The notes beneath the pieces are model-generated. The model was given only the letters and a program-made list of their open reading frames with translations, was not told the origin of the DNA and made no database searches. Shown in pieces: positions 1 through 9,361 of a stretch of 64,000 nt of DNA. This DNA is from Verrucomicrobiota bacterium (lineage in GTDB: Bacteria > Verrucomicrobiota > Verrucomicrobiia > Limisphaerales > UBA8199), in the NCBI GenBank assembly GCA_035358715.1, contig DAOPPX010000003.1, forward strand, positions 14,300-78,299. The letters are read 5' to 3'. The position numbers and the translations under genes were made by a program. The first letter of the stretch is position 1. Every line of letters begins with the position of its first letter.

Positions 1-340
1 CGGCAACGGGCGAGCAGCCGGGGAGCATGCGGCCGCCGAGCAGGCGAACCGTGTCACCCCTGGCGGCCCGCCAGACAACCGGGGCCTTTGGCGTGCCGGA
101 ATCGGCGGCGGTGAGTTCCAGGGCGTTGGTGCGGAGGTAATTGCCGCCGCGGAGCCAGATAGTGAGGGTGCCTTTGGGGGGCTTGCCGCTTTGCCTGAGG
201 CGGCGGACCTCGTCGCGGGCGCGCTCCAGCGTGGCGAAGGGCTTGCTCCGGGTGCCGGGATTGGCGTCCCGGCCCTCGGGCGAGATGTGGAACTCATGCG
301 CAGAACCGGGGACAGCGGCCAGCACAATGACGCTGAGCAT
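1..340 (-). CDS. Right-handed parallel beta-helix repeat protein, secreted (N-terminal part; runs off window)
   Basis: Manual translation from ATG at 340: MLSVIVLAAVPGSAHEFHISPEGRDANPGTRSKPFATLERARDEVRRL...TIWLRGGNY...LTAADSGTPKAPVVWRA. This is a signal-like N-terminus plus the typical 'FHISPxGxDxNPGT..PFATL' and 'LRGGxY' start of beta-helix CAZyme-like proteins. Not in the ORF track; start could be slightly upstream. Confidence 0.8.
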   Translation of the reverse strand, partial: MLSVIVLAAVPGSAHEFHISPEGRDANPGTRSKPFATLERARDEVRRLRQSGKPPKGTLTIWLRGGNYLRTNALELTAADSGTPKAPVVWRAARGDTVRLLGGRMLPGCSPVA

Positions 341-392
341 CAATCCGCGGATTGTGCCGGGTATTCCCCACCCCGCACGAAATACCACCAGA

Positions 393-462
393 CCGGAGCG
401 CGGGCATCTTGCCCGCTTACAGGGTCCAAACGGGCTAAGCGGGCAAGATGCCCGCGCTCCGG
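393..462. repeat. REPIN-like perfect inverted repeat (27-bp arms, 16-nt loop)
   Basis: ccggagcgcgggcatcttgcccgctta (393-419) pairs with taagcgggcaagatgcccgcgctccgg (436-462); each arm has an internal hairpin gcgggca-tct-tgcccgc. Confidence 0.85.
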
Positions 463-557
463 CCTTGCCGGTGTGAAATGTCCAGATCAAGCTGGTGCGC
501 ATGTGTTGAAGGAAAGCCCGCAGGAATCGGAGAGTCTTGCCAACCATCCGGCTGTCA

Positions 558-815
558 TCATCCTCCCGCAGACTTCAGATCAATGATCTTCACCTCTTTA
601 ACGGCGTGATCAACCCAGTAACAAACCGCCGCATTTCCGATGACGGCTACTTGAATTGGCCGCCCAATCTCGTCCTGCTCGGCGTAGTCGCCGGGGCGAG
701 AAGGATCTTGGGCCAGTTCGTCAAACAGGCGAGTGATGATTTGCTGCTCCCGCCTTGGATGGCCGCGGAGCGTAGCGATGACTTCTGCCGCAATGAAAAC
801 GCGGTAGGGGCTCAT
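558..815 (-). CDS. Putative RelE/ParE-like toxin (type II TA)
   Basis: 85 aa from MSPYRVFIAAEVIATLR...; start ATG overlaps the upstream stop (ATGA, 812-815); size and layout fit a RelE-fold toxin. Confidence 0.55.
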   Translation of the reverse strand: MSPYRVFIAAEVIATLRGHPRREQQIITRLFDELAQDPSRPGDYAEQDEIGRPIQVAVIGNAAVCYWVDHAVKEVKIIDLKSAGG

Positions 816-1021
816 CCCTTTGCTTCGCCGGAAGCCAGCTCCCCCTTCCAATCTTCCAGCGCCGTCCAGTGAGCGGGTTCAGTGTCGTCAATGCGGCGGG
901 TCATTTCCGCGCGCCAGGCTGGGTCGTGCTGCAACCGGAGGTGGAAGAGAAAGGCAGCCAGTTCATTCTGCTGCTTTGTCGGCAGGCTTGCCACCGCCCG
1001 CATCAATTCAGCCATGCTCAT
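812..1021 (-). CDS. Putative antitoxin / addiction-module component
   Basis: 69 aa, 'ELMRAVASLPTKQQNELAAFL...DPAWRAEMTRRID', directly upstream of and translationally coupled to the small toxin-like ORF. Confidence 0.55.
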   Translation of the reverse strand: MSMAELMRAVASLPTKQQNELAAFLFHLRLQHDPAWRAEMTRRIDDTEPAHWTALEDWKGELASGEAKG

Positions 1022-1156
1022 GGCGTCAACCTACAACTTCGCGCGGCGACCCGCAAGCCTTTGCCAGCCAGCTAGCCGTGCTTCCGCGCCCGCGCTCAGT
1101 TGCGCCTGGCATTCGCCGCCGGGTCGCCGGTTATGCGAACGCGGCAACCGCAGCGG

Positions 1157-2245
1157 TCACAACTCCTTCATCGCAGTGTCCATTGCGGCGAAGAGCTGAC
1201 CCATGGTCGCCTCGGTCTCGTCGCCCATGTTCGAGATGCGGAACGTGGTGCCCTTGATCTTGCCGTAGCCGCCGTTAATGAGGAAGCCCTGGTTCTTGAC
1301 CAGCTTCACCAGTTTTTCCGCATCCACTACCCGCCCACCGGGGCGCGCGCCGTTATTGACGCAGGTCAGCGTGAGCGACTCGAAGCCCTTGTCGGGGAAG
1401 AGCGTGAAGCCGTGTTTGGCCGCCCAGTCGCGGGTGAGCTGGTTGGTGCGGCGATGCCGCGCATAACGCGCCTCCAGCCCCTCGGCGAAGATGTCCTGCA
1501 GCTTGGACTCCAGCGCATAGACGTGACCGATGCTCGGCGTGCTGGGCGTCATGTTCTGCGCGGCGTTCTTCTGGAACTCCACGAAGTCGAAGTAGTAGCC
1601 GCGGTCCTTGACCGTCGCCGCCTTCGCCAGCGCCGCCGGCGAACAGACGAAGAGCGCCGTGCCCGGCGGCAGCGCCAGGGCCTTCTGCGTCCCGGCCAGC
1701 AGCACGTCAATGCCCAGCTCGTCAAACTTGAGCGGCACCGCGCTCATCGAGCTGACCGAGTCCACGATGAACATTACGTCCGGATACTTCTTCTTAAGCG
1801 CGGCAATCTCCTCGATGGGGCTCATCACACCGGTCGAGGTCTCGTTGTGGATGACCGTCAGCGCGTCGAACTGGCCGGTCGCCAGCTTCTTGTCCACGTC
1901 CGCCGCGCGGATGGGCGATCCCCACGGCACTTGCAGCCCTTCGGCGTCCTTGCCGCAGCGCTTCGAGACATCGAGCCATTTGTCCGAGAAGGCGCCGCAC
2001 ATGCAGTTGAGCACCTTTCGGGACACCAGGTTGCGGATGGCGCCTTCCATCACGCCCCAGGCGGAGGACGTGCTGATATAGACCAGTTGCTTCGTGTAGA
2101 GCAACTGCTGGAGTTGCGGTTGTATCCTCGCGTAGAGGTCTTTGAAGCCCTGCCCCCGATGCCCAATCATCGGCTTGCAGAAAGCGCGGAAGGTTTTCTC
2201 GCTGACCTCTATCGGTCCGGGTATGTATAATTTGACGTGGCCCAT
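1157..2245 (-). CDS. PLP-dependent class V aminotransferase (alanine-glyoxylate/serine-pyruvate family)
   Basis: KLYIPGP start, HNETSTGV, IVDSVSS, AGTQKALALPPG (PLP lysine), FRISNMG. Start trimmed to MGHVKL. Confidence 0.92.
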   Translation of the reverse strand: MGHVKLYIPGPIEVSEKTFRAFCKPMIGHRGQGFKDLYARIQPQLQQLLYTKQLVYISTSSAWGVMEGAIRNLVSRKVLNCMCGAFSDKWLDVSKRCGKDAEGLQVPWGSPIRAADVDKKLATGQFDALTVIHNETSTGVMSPIEEIAALKKKYPDVMFIVDSVSSMSAVPLKFDELGIDVLLAGTQKALALPPGTALFVCSPAALAKAATVKDRGYYFDFVEFQKNAAQNMTPSTPSIGHVYALESKLQDIFAEGLEARYARHRRTNQLTRDWAAKHGFTLFPDKGFESLTLTCVNNGARPGGRVVDAEKLVKLVKNQGFLINGGYGKIKGTTFRISNMGDETEATMGQLFAAMDTAMKEL

Positions 2246-2485
2246 AAATCGGCTGGATTCTTCCATCAGTGCGGGAGAAAAGGCAAGGGATTTTGGCGGA
2301 GCGAAGCGTTGCGGCGTCGCAGGAGCGCATCAAGTTCGACTATCCTCCGCCAATGACATCTCCCGACAGCAGTTTCACGGTGCCGCCGCTGGCCGCTGTG
2401 GGTTGGCCAGGCGCGCCGCTGCCTGCCCGGCCTCCTGCGCAAGGTGCTGGTATTCCCTGGCCATGTCATTAGCCTGAACAGAGTT

Positions 2486-4966
2486 ATGAGCCTGAATACG
2501 ATTCCGAGTCGGCCATGGGGGACAACAGCCTCGCTGCTCTTGCTGGTCTGGGCATCTCTGCCAGTTTGCGCCGCCCAGCCTGCCCCAATCAGCCGCACCA
2601 TCAGCGCCGTCTTGCGCGAGCCGCTGCCGCCGGAGGAGCTTAGCCTCTCGGAAAATGCCGCCGAGGTGGTAATCACAGGCCCCACATTCGCGTACCGCAT
2701 TGGGAAAGCGACGGGCCTGGTCAGCGCCTTCCGTGTGGCGCGCGACGAGCAGGAGGTCATTGCGGCCAACGGCCCGGCTGACATCCAGATTGACCAATAC
2801 CGGTTTGCGACGGAACTCAACTCCTGCAAGCTCACCATTGACAGTGAGGGCAAGGACAAGATGGTCCTGCGGGCGGAGGGGGTTCTGCGCGACCCGGCCA
2901 AACGCGGGCCGGAAGTGGATTACACTCTGCTGCACACGTTCTTCAACGACGGCGTGGTGGTTACCGCGGTGAAGCTGGTGCCGCGCGGGGAATTGCGCGT
3001 GGCGCGGGAGCTGGTGTTCCGGCTTTCCGCGCAAGGCCAGCTCAGCCACTACCTCCACAAGACCCGCGCCGAGCACGGAGACGACGCCGCGCGGGGCAGC
3101 CTGCCGGCAGCCGGCCAGGCGGTCCGCTTTGCGGCGCTGACCTCCTGCTTGCAGGTCTTCAGCCCGGCGGCGGCACTGGCCATCTTCACGGATGGCGGCG
3201 CGCTGCATGTGAGCCAGCCGAAGCTGGACACGGCGGGGGTCGAAGTCACCGGGAAGCAGGACAGCCGGACGCAGGTGTCGCTGGCGCAGTACCTGGTGCG
3301 GGTCACACCCGGCGACAAGCCTTACGTGCTGAAAGCCGGCGAGCCGTTCACCTTCCGGGTCGGCCTCAGCGTGGCCCCCAACCGGCTGCCGCATCCGCGG
3401 CTGCACGACCTGCGGATGTTCACTTGGATCGGCGATGAGAAGCATCCTTATCCGACCGACGAGGAGATCAGCCGCGTCGCCCAGTTCGGCTATACGCTCT
3501 TCCAGATGCACCGCGTGGGCACGCCCGGCCAGCCGCGCCCACCGGTCGAGGAGTTCGAGCGCGTTTTGGACAAGGTGCACGAGTTGGGCCTGCTCTTTCT
3601 CTGGGAAGAGAACGCGGATCTCCTGTATGCCAGCGCGCCCGGCGTGCAGGAGTTGAAGGCCAAGGGCAAATGGCCGCTCTGGCAGGGGTTCAATTACGGC
3701 GGCCGTTACACGGCGGAGATGGACCCCTATTGCGACCTGGTGGCCACCTGCCTGGCCTCGCCAAACGGCCTGGCCGAATACCGGATAGCCAACCTCACGC
3801 GCATGCTCGACCGGTATCCTGTGGATGGAATCTACCTGGACGACAACCTGGCCTACGCCAACTGCACGCTATGGCGCGAGCACGGGCACCCGCGGGAAGT
3901 CTATGACTGCCTGATTGAACTGCACGAGATGAACTGGCGCCGCCGCGAGCTGCTGCGGCGCCGCTGTCCCCACGCGGTGCTGGTCAGCCACAGCACGCGC
4001 GCATTCGTTCTGCCGGTCGTGTGCGGTTCCGACGCGCTGATTTACGGTGAAGGCTACTCCTTCGGCTCGCTGGAAGACTATTGGAGCTACTACGGCTTTG
4101 CCAAAAGCATCCCCGCCCAGGGCATGATCTGGCCCGGCGGCCAGGACGCCGCCCGCTGCCCGGCTGCGCTGGTCTATAACTACGACCTGCTCACCGGCGG
4201 CGGCCAGTACAGCCAAATTGACTGGCGCCTCTATCCGCACAAGTTTCCGCACGCCAAGGGCGTCACCCAGGCGGAACCCTTCTACACCCGGGCCTACAAC
4301 CTGGCCCAATACTACTTCGGATTCTACGAGTCAAAGGCCTGGCAGTTTGCGGATGCCGCCGGCCTGTTCGCGACCACGGCGCCCCTGACCTACGCGACCG
4401 TGTATCGCAACCAGACGTGGGGGGACTGGCTGATCCCGGTCGCCAACATGGCTGACCAGGCCGCCAAGACCGCGCTCGATTTCCAATCGCCCCTGGCGCT
4501 CGGCCTCGTGCCGCAGAACGATTATGTGCTCTTCAACGTCCACAGGCGGCTCGCCAGGACTTTCCGGGGTGACGCCCTCAACCAGGCGTTCAGCGACATC
4601 TCGGTTCCCGGCCGCAGCCTTCAGCTCCTTTACCTGCGCCAGGCGCCGGCCTCAACGCCGTTCCACCTCTGGGGCGGCAAGCGAATCTCCGAACAATGGG
4701 ATGCCACCGCCCGGAAACTCACTGTGACCCTGCACGGCCCCGCCGGCCTGCAAGACACCGTGTTTCTGGCCGGGGCAAGCCAGGGACTGCAACTGGTCCT
4801 GGCCGGAGGACAACCGGCGCGGTTCTTCTACGATCCGGCCCAGGGTCTGGCGCATGGGCAGTTGACCTTCACCGCCAAACCGCTGACCGTTGAGGTGTAC
4901 TGTTCCCGCAGTGGCACCAACCGCCTGCCAACCAAGGTGACGACGCCCGCGAGTTCTCACTTCTGA
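2486..4966 (+). CDS. Large secreted putative glycoside hydrolase-like (TIM-barrel) protein
   Basis: Signal peptide (LLLLVWASLPVCA), N-terminal beta-sandwich-like part, central 'VDGIYLDD' barrel motif; family not identified. Confidence 0.6.
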   Translation: MSLNTIPSRPWGTTASLLLLVWASLPVCAAQPAPISRTISAVLREPLPPEELSLSENAAEVVITGPTFAYRIGKATGLVSAFRVARDEQEVIAANGPADIQIDQYRFATELNSCKLTIDSEGKDKMVLRAEGVLRDPAKRGPEVDYTLLHTFFNDGVVVTAVKLVPRGELRVARELVFRLSAQGQLSHYLHKTRAEHGDDAARGSLPAAGQAVRFAALTSCLQVFSPAAALAIFTDGGALHVSQPKLDTAGVEVTGKQDSRTQVSLAQYLVRVTPGDKPYVLKAGEPFTFRVGLSVAPNRLPHPRLHDLRMFTWIGDEKHPYPTDEEISRVAQFGYTLFQMHRVGTPGQPRPPVEEFERVLDKVHELGLLFLWEENADLLYASAPGVQELKAKGKWPLWQGFNYGGRYTAEMDPYCDLVATCLASPNGLAEYRIANLTRMLDRYPVDGIYLDDNLAYANCTLWREHGHPREVYDCLIELHEMNWRRRELLRRRCPHAVLVSHSTRAFVLPVVCGSDALIYGEGYSFGSLEDYWSYYGFAKSIPAQGMIWPGGQDAARCPAALVYNYDLLTGGGQYSQIDWRLYPHKFPHAKGVTQAEPFYTRAYNLAQYYFGFYESKAWQFADAAGLFATTAPLTYATVYRNQTWGDWLIPVANMADQAAKTALDFQSPLALGLVPQNDYVLFNVHRRLARTFRGDALNQAFSDISVPGRSLQLLYLRQAPASTPFHLWGGKRISEQWDATARKLTVTLHGPAGLQDTVFLAGASQGLQLVLAGGQPARFFYDPAQGLAHGQLTFTAKPLTVEVYCSRSGTNRLPTKVTTPASSHF

Positions 4967-5017
4967 GAATGCCCCTGCCTTGGCCTGATCCGGTTACCCT
5001 CTCCCCCGGTGGCTCCT

Positions 5018-5184
5018 CCGTAGTACCTCCGTTCTACCTCCGTTCCTCCTCCGATTGGCGATTGGAGGTGGAACGGAGGAAGGACGGAGAAGCAACGGAG
5101 GAAGCAGCGTGGGGCGAGCACCGAAGGGGCGGGTATGGTGAGGGGGGAATTAGACTCACGTCGTTTCCAACGGATCAGGATGTC
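5018..5184 (+). repeat. Extragenic repeat element, copy A (CTCCGT/ACGGAG hairpin plus conserved tail)
   Basis: Homologous to 54859-55025 (minus strand); 53-nt tails match 44/53, including gactcacRtcgtttcca. Confidence 0.8.
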
Positions 5185-5238
5185 CGTCGTGCCTGCAGGG
5201 CGGTGCGCCGGGGGGAATCGCCGCCAGGCTTTGGCGCG

Positions 5239-7569
5239 TTACTGCCGGTTTCCCGGTGGCGCCAGTTCCAGGATGCGGGCGGCCCGGGCGGGCAGTTCCA
5301 GCTCGATTGAGCGGCCGATCTTTCGCAGCGTGCCAAGCCGCTGGCGGCCGGTTTCATCCATCTGATATACGCCGGCGCGGCGGGACAGGCCGTAACGGTC
5401 GCGCGGGAGGTGAAGGGTGATGCGGGTTGGCTCGTCCGCGAGGCTGGCCAGTGCGATGCCGATATGGCCATCGGGGGCTTGCCAGGCGGCGGCCAGCGCC
5501 AGCGGGCTGGTCATCTGGAAGGCGGTCAAGCCGCCCTCCCGGCCCGCGTAAATCGAGAGGCGCGACATGTCCAGCGTGGCGGCCGGGGCAGAGAGTTGCG
5601 GGGGGCGCAGAAAAGTGCCGCGGAGGAGGTATTTCCCGGCGCGGCTACGGAGGTGCGCCAGGCGCATCACGAAGTCCATCTCCTCGGCGCGCTCGGTCAA
5701 CTGGGTGGGGAGGAAGTTGGCGATGGTGGGTTGCTGGCCCCAGACAAAGGCGCGCGCCTGCTCCAGGCAAAACTGGCGGGAGTATTTCCGGTCGAGCAGT
5801 TTGAGCGGTTCAGCGGGGGCGAACTGCGCCGGCCACAGGTCGTCATAGGGCGGCATGGTCAGCGAGGAGTAGTTGCCGTAGGTGACCGCGAAGGGGTGGT
5901 AAACCGCCGGCCAGAAGGGAATGGTCTCCCAGCCGTCGGGTGCGGCGTAGCGTTCGCGGCTGACCTGCAGGCTGAGCATCAGGTCGAGGTAAGGGAGCCA
6001 GGGTTCGCCGCAGCCTTCTCCCGCCAGAACAACCGGCTCGCGGCGGGCGGCACAACGGTGGCGGATGTCCAACTGGAGCGCTTGAAAGCCTTTCATCCAG
6101 TAAACTCCGCCGCCCACCGGGTGTCCGTGCCCGGGATCGAAACAGGCCAGGCTACTGCAGGCCTGGTCCATGTAAATGCCGTTCACGCCCAGTTCATTGA
6201 CAGCACGCTCGGACAGGCCGGCGTATTTCTGCCGCCAGAACGCGGTGCCCATGCACATCGTCGCGCAGGCCTGGCGGGTGAAGGTGTTATAGACTTCCGG
6301 GCGGACCTTGCCCTCGTTGTTCTTGACCGCGAAGCGCTCGGCTGCTTCGTTGGTCCAGCTTGAGGTGGTCATGCCCCAAAGCCGCTGGTTCATGTACACC
6401 AGGGCGCGGATGTCCTTGGCCTGGGCGCGGGCTAGGGCGTTGGTGAAGCTCTCGGCCCCTTCGCGGGGCGGCAGGTATTCCGGGAAACCTGCATCGTAGG
6501 AGCAGCCGTGCCACCAGTGCCAGAAGACGCTCACCGGCAGGCCCAGCCTTTCGCGCAATGCCACCGCCGGTTCGAGCACGCCGGGAGACCGGCCGCGGTT
6601 CCAGACCCACAGGGCGGTGTTGATCGCCCAATCGGCCACCTGCCCGCGTGCCAGCCGGCTTTCTTTGGCCCAGACCTGGTTGGTTGCCCAGGCGCGGTAA
6701 CGCTCCGCCGCGGTGAACCAGTCGCCGGTGAAAGTCCCGAGCTGAACGGCGTAGGGCAGGCGCAAGGCCTGGGCCGAAGTCGGCAGCCGTTCGGGCAGAT
6801 GGACGATTTCGCAGCCGAGGCGGTCTTCGCCGTCGCCGAAGAACGCAAACGTCTTGTTGAACCCGGCGGTGTCGTCGCAGGCCAAATACAGTCCCGGCCC
6901 GTCCTGCTGGTAAAACGCCAGGCATTGCAGGGATAAAATTCCCGGGTAGTCCCATTGATGCCGGCGTCCGGCTCCCTTCCCGCCGCCAAAGATTTTGCGG
7001 GGCTCGGCGGTTTGCTGTCCCATCCAGACCGGTACGGCCAGCCGCTCGTTCGCCTGGGGCGGGATGTTTACGACGCGCGGAAACCGGACCTGTGCGACGC
7101 TCAATTCGCGCAGGCCGGTTATGGCCAGTTCCCAGCGGCTCATCGGCTGCCCGGGCTCCAGCCGGACCGCCACCTCGACCCGCAGTTCCGGCGCCGCCGG
7201 AAGCCCGAACTTCTCCCAGGTGAGGCGCAGGCCGGGTTGCTTGCCGTCAAGCGGTTGGGAGCGAAACGACTGCGCGGTGGCCGGCGCCAGCACCTGGTTG
7301 GACGGCAGGAGCGTCAATTCCCAGAGGCCCGCGCCGGAAGGGGCGGTGCCGGCGAAGTTCTGGCGCGTGTGTGCGTCAGTTAGCGCCGCCAGGTCACCGT
7401 GTTCAGGGCCCAGGGCGACGTCCAGCCGGCCATTGGATAGCCGGAAGGTTTCCCGTTGAGCGAAAGCGTGGCTGTGGGCCAGCAGCACGAACAGCAGGAT
7501 TACGGGCAGAGAGGCAAGACGGCCCAGTGGCGGGGCGCCAGGAATATCGCGATGTGCGGGCAGTTTCAT
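5239..7569 (-). CDS. Secreted DUF6259-like putative glycoside hydrolase
   Basis: Signal peptide, N-terminal beta-sandwich, 'HWWHGCSYDAGFPEYLPP' and 'NGIYMDQ' barrel motifs. Confidence 0.65.
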   Translation of the reverse strand: MKLPAHRDIPGAPPLGRLASLPVILLFVLLAHSHAFAQRETFRLSNGRLDVALGPEHGDLAALTDAHTRQNFAGTAPSGAGLWELTLLPSNQVLAPATAQSFRSQPLDGKQPGLRLTWEKFGLPAAPELRVEVAVRLEPGQPMSRWELAITGLRELSVAQVRFPRVVNIPPQANERLAVPVWMGQQTAEPRKIFGGGKGAGRRHQWDYPGILSLQCLAFYQQDGPGLYLACDDTAGFNKTFAFFGDGEDRLGCEIVHLPERLPTSAQALRLPYAVQLGTFTGDWFTAAERYRAWATNQVWAKESRLARGQVADWAINTALWVWNRGRSPGVLEPAVALRERLGLPVSVFWHWWHGCSYDAGFPEYLPPREGAESFTNALARAQAKDIRALVYMNQRLWGMTTSSWTNEAAERFAVKNNEGKVRPEVYNTFTRQACATMCMGTAFWRQKYAGLSERAVNELGVNGIYMDQACSSLACFDPGHGHPVGGGVYWMKGFQALQLDIRHRCAARREPVVLAGEGCGEPWLPYLDLMLSLQVSRERYAAPDGWETIPFWPAVYHPFAVTYGNYSSLTMPPYDDLWPAQFAPAEPLKLLDRKYSRQFCLEQARAFVWGQQPTIANFLPTQLTERAEEMDFVMRLAHLRSRAGKYLLRGTFLRPPQLSAPAATLDMSRLSIYAGREGGLTAFQMTSPLALAAAWQAPDGHIGIALASLADEPTRITLHLPRDRYGLSRRAGVYQMDETGRQRLGTLRKIGRSIELELPARAARILELAPPGNRQ

Positions 7570-7671
7570 CCGGCGGCAAAACTGGCTCAGGATGGCCGCC
7601 CAAGCAATGAAATAGCTGGCCCCGCGTTGCGGCAGGGCGCACGACAGATTGCTTCGGGGTTGGCGACCGGC

Positions 7672-7820
7672 CTCTCATTAACACCCCGCTTCAGCGGGGT
7701 GTGGGCGATGGTCTCGGCCTCCGAACCGCTTCAGCGGTTTATCCACCGCCGTAAACCGCTGAAGCGGTTGTGGGACTCGTCCGCGTATCACACCCCGCTG
7801 AAGCGGGGTGTTAATGAGAG
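7672..7820. repeat. Nested REPIN-like element (four REP-like palindromes)
   Basis: Outer perfect 32-bp IR 7672-7703/7789-7820 (ctctcattaacaccccgcttcagcggggtgtg); inner 17-bp IR 7724-7740/7753-7769 (aaccgcttcagcggttt); all share a ccgcttcagcgg core. Confidence 0.88.
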
Positions 7821-7926
7821 ACATGCTGCGGTGTGTACATGAAGCGATATACGGAAGGCCCGGATCTACGGCATAAAACCGCCCAAAGAAGAAAACTGTC
7901 TTGCGCCCGTTGCGGCAGCGCTTCCC

Positions 7927-9204
7927 TCATTTCAGCAGGTTGATGAAGAAGGTGATGTTGAGCGCATTGACAAAATCAATCAGGAACGCTCCCACCACAG
8001 GCACAACGAGGAACGCGCGCGGCGCCGGGCCGAAGGATTCGACCAGGGCCTTCATGTTGGCCACGGCATTGGGGGTGGCGCCGAGCCCAAACCCGCAGTG
8101 TCCCCCGGCCATGACTGCCGCCTCGAAGTCGCGGCCCATCAGCCGGAAGGTCACAAACCAGGCATAGAGCGCCATGACGACCACCTGCACCGCCAGGATA
8201 ATGAGCATCGGCAGGGCGGTGTTGGCCAGCTCGATCAGGTTCAGGCTCATCATGGCGATAGCCAGAAACACCCCGAGCGAGACCGCGGCCAGCGTGTCAA
8301 TGATTTCACTATCCGCCCACGGCCGGCGGCTGGCATCCAGCAGGTTGCGCACGCCAACGCCGAGCAACATCGCGCCCATATAGACCGGGAAGGTGAGGCC
8401 CGTCTGCTGAATGAAGTAGCTGACCCAGGCACCGGCCTTGATGCAGGCCAGCAACAGCAGCAGGTGCGCGAGAAACGGCCGGCCAAATCCGGCCAACAGG
8501 CGGAGGTCTTTGAGGATTCCGGAGGCGCCCGCGCTGCCGGCTTCCAGATGGATTTGCGCGCTGGTGCCCGGTTTGAGGTTGCGTCGGCGAATCAGCGAGC
8601 CGCCTACCGGCCCGCCAATCAGGCCGCCGCTCACCAATCCGAACGTCGCCGCGGCCATCCCCACGACCGCCGCGGTCGGCAGGCCCGCTTTCTCCAGGTC
8701 GGCGGCAAAGCCCAGCGCCGTGCCGTGGCCGCCGGTCATGGTCACACTGCCGCAGGCCAGGCCCAGCAGCGGCGACACGTCGAGCAGCTTTGCCAGGGCC
8801 ACGCCGATGCCGTTCTGCATCACAGCCAATACGCCCGCCGCTCCCCAGAAAAGCAGCACCTGGACGCCGCCGCGCCGCACCAGTTCCCAGCGGGCATTGA
8901 GTCCGATGCACGTAAAGAAGGCCACGAGGAACGGCGTGTTCACGTTCTTGCTCGGCGCGTTGACCCAATCAATCTCAGCCGTGACCAGCCACGTCCACCA
9001 GCGGGCCGTTACGTTGGTCTGGAACTGCGCGGCGAATGCGCCGGAAAGGTTTCCCAACAGCACCAGCAGCGACACGAGCAAGCCGCCGACGACCGGGGCG
9101 GGAATGTTGAAGCGCGAGAGCAGCCGGATGCGTTTGACGAGGAACTCGCCCGACAGCAACACCGGGATTGCCAGCAGCACTACGAACAGGGCGGGAATTG
9201 TCAT
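7927..9204 (-). CDS. gltS: Sodium/glutamate symporter
   Basis: IPAPVVGG, FFTCIGL, GGHGTA, GFGLGATPNA motifs; highly hydrophobic, 425 aa. Confidence 0.93.
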   Translation of the reverse strand: MTIPALFVVLLAIPVLLSGEFLVKRIRLLSRFNIPAPVVGGLLVSLLVLLGNLSGAFAAQFQTNVTARWWTWLVTAEIDWVNAPSKNVNTPFLVAFFTCIGLNARWELVRRGGVQVLLFWGAAGVLAVMQNGIGVALAKLLDVSPLLGLACGSVTMTGGHGTALGFAADLEKAGLPTAAVVGMAAATFGLVSGGLIGGPVGGSLIRRRNLKPGTSAQIHLEAGSAGASGILKDLRLLAGFGRPFLAHLLLLLACIKAGAWVSYFIQQTGLTFPVYMGAMLLGVGVRNLLDASRRPWADSEIIDTLAAVSLGVFLAIAMMSLNLIELANTALPMLIILAVQVVVMALYAWFVTFRLMGRDFEAAVMAGGHCGFGLGATPNAVANMKALVESFGPAPRAFLVVPVVGAFLIDFVNALNITFFINLLK

Positions 9205-9361
9205 GGCTGTTTCATTGTTTCACATCGCGCGAGGATTCGGGCGCAACTTAGCAGCCGGGGTCCGGAATCACAATGCAATCCCGCCGCAGGCGCGCGGAGG
9301 GCAGGGGCGGCATGGGATTTGGAATTCGACACCCGCCGCCGGGTTTGCTAGGAAGCACAAT

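Noticed and set aside
8438-9361. N-terminal extension of the 666-aa proB ORF
   Set aside because: It is an antisense shadow of gltS; ProB homology begins at about GTG 9362.
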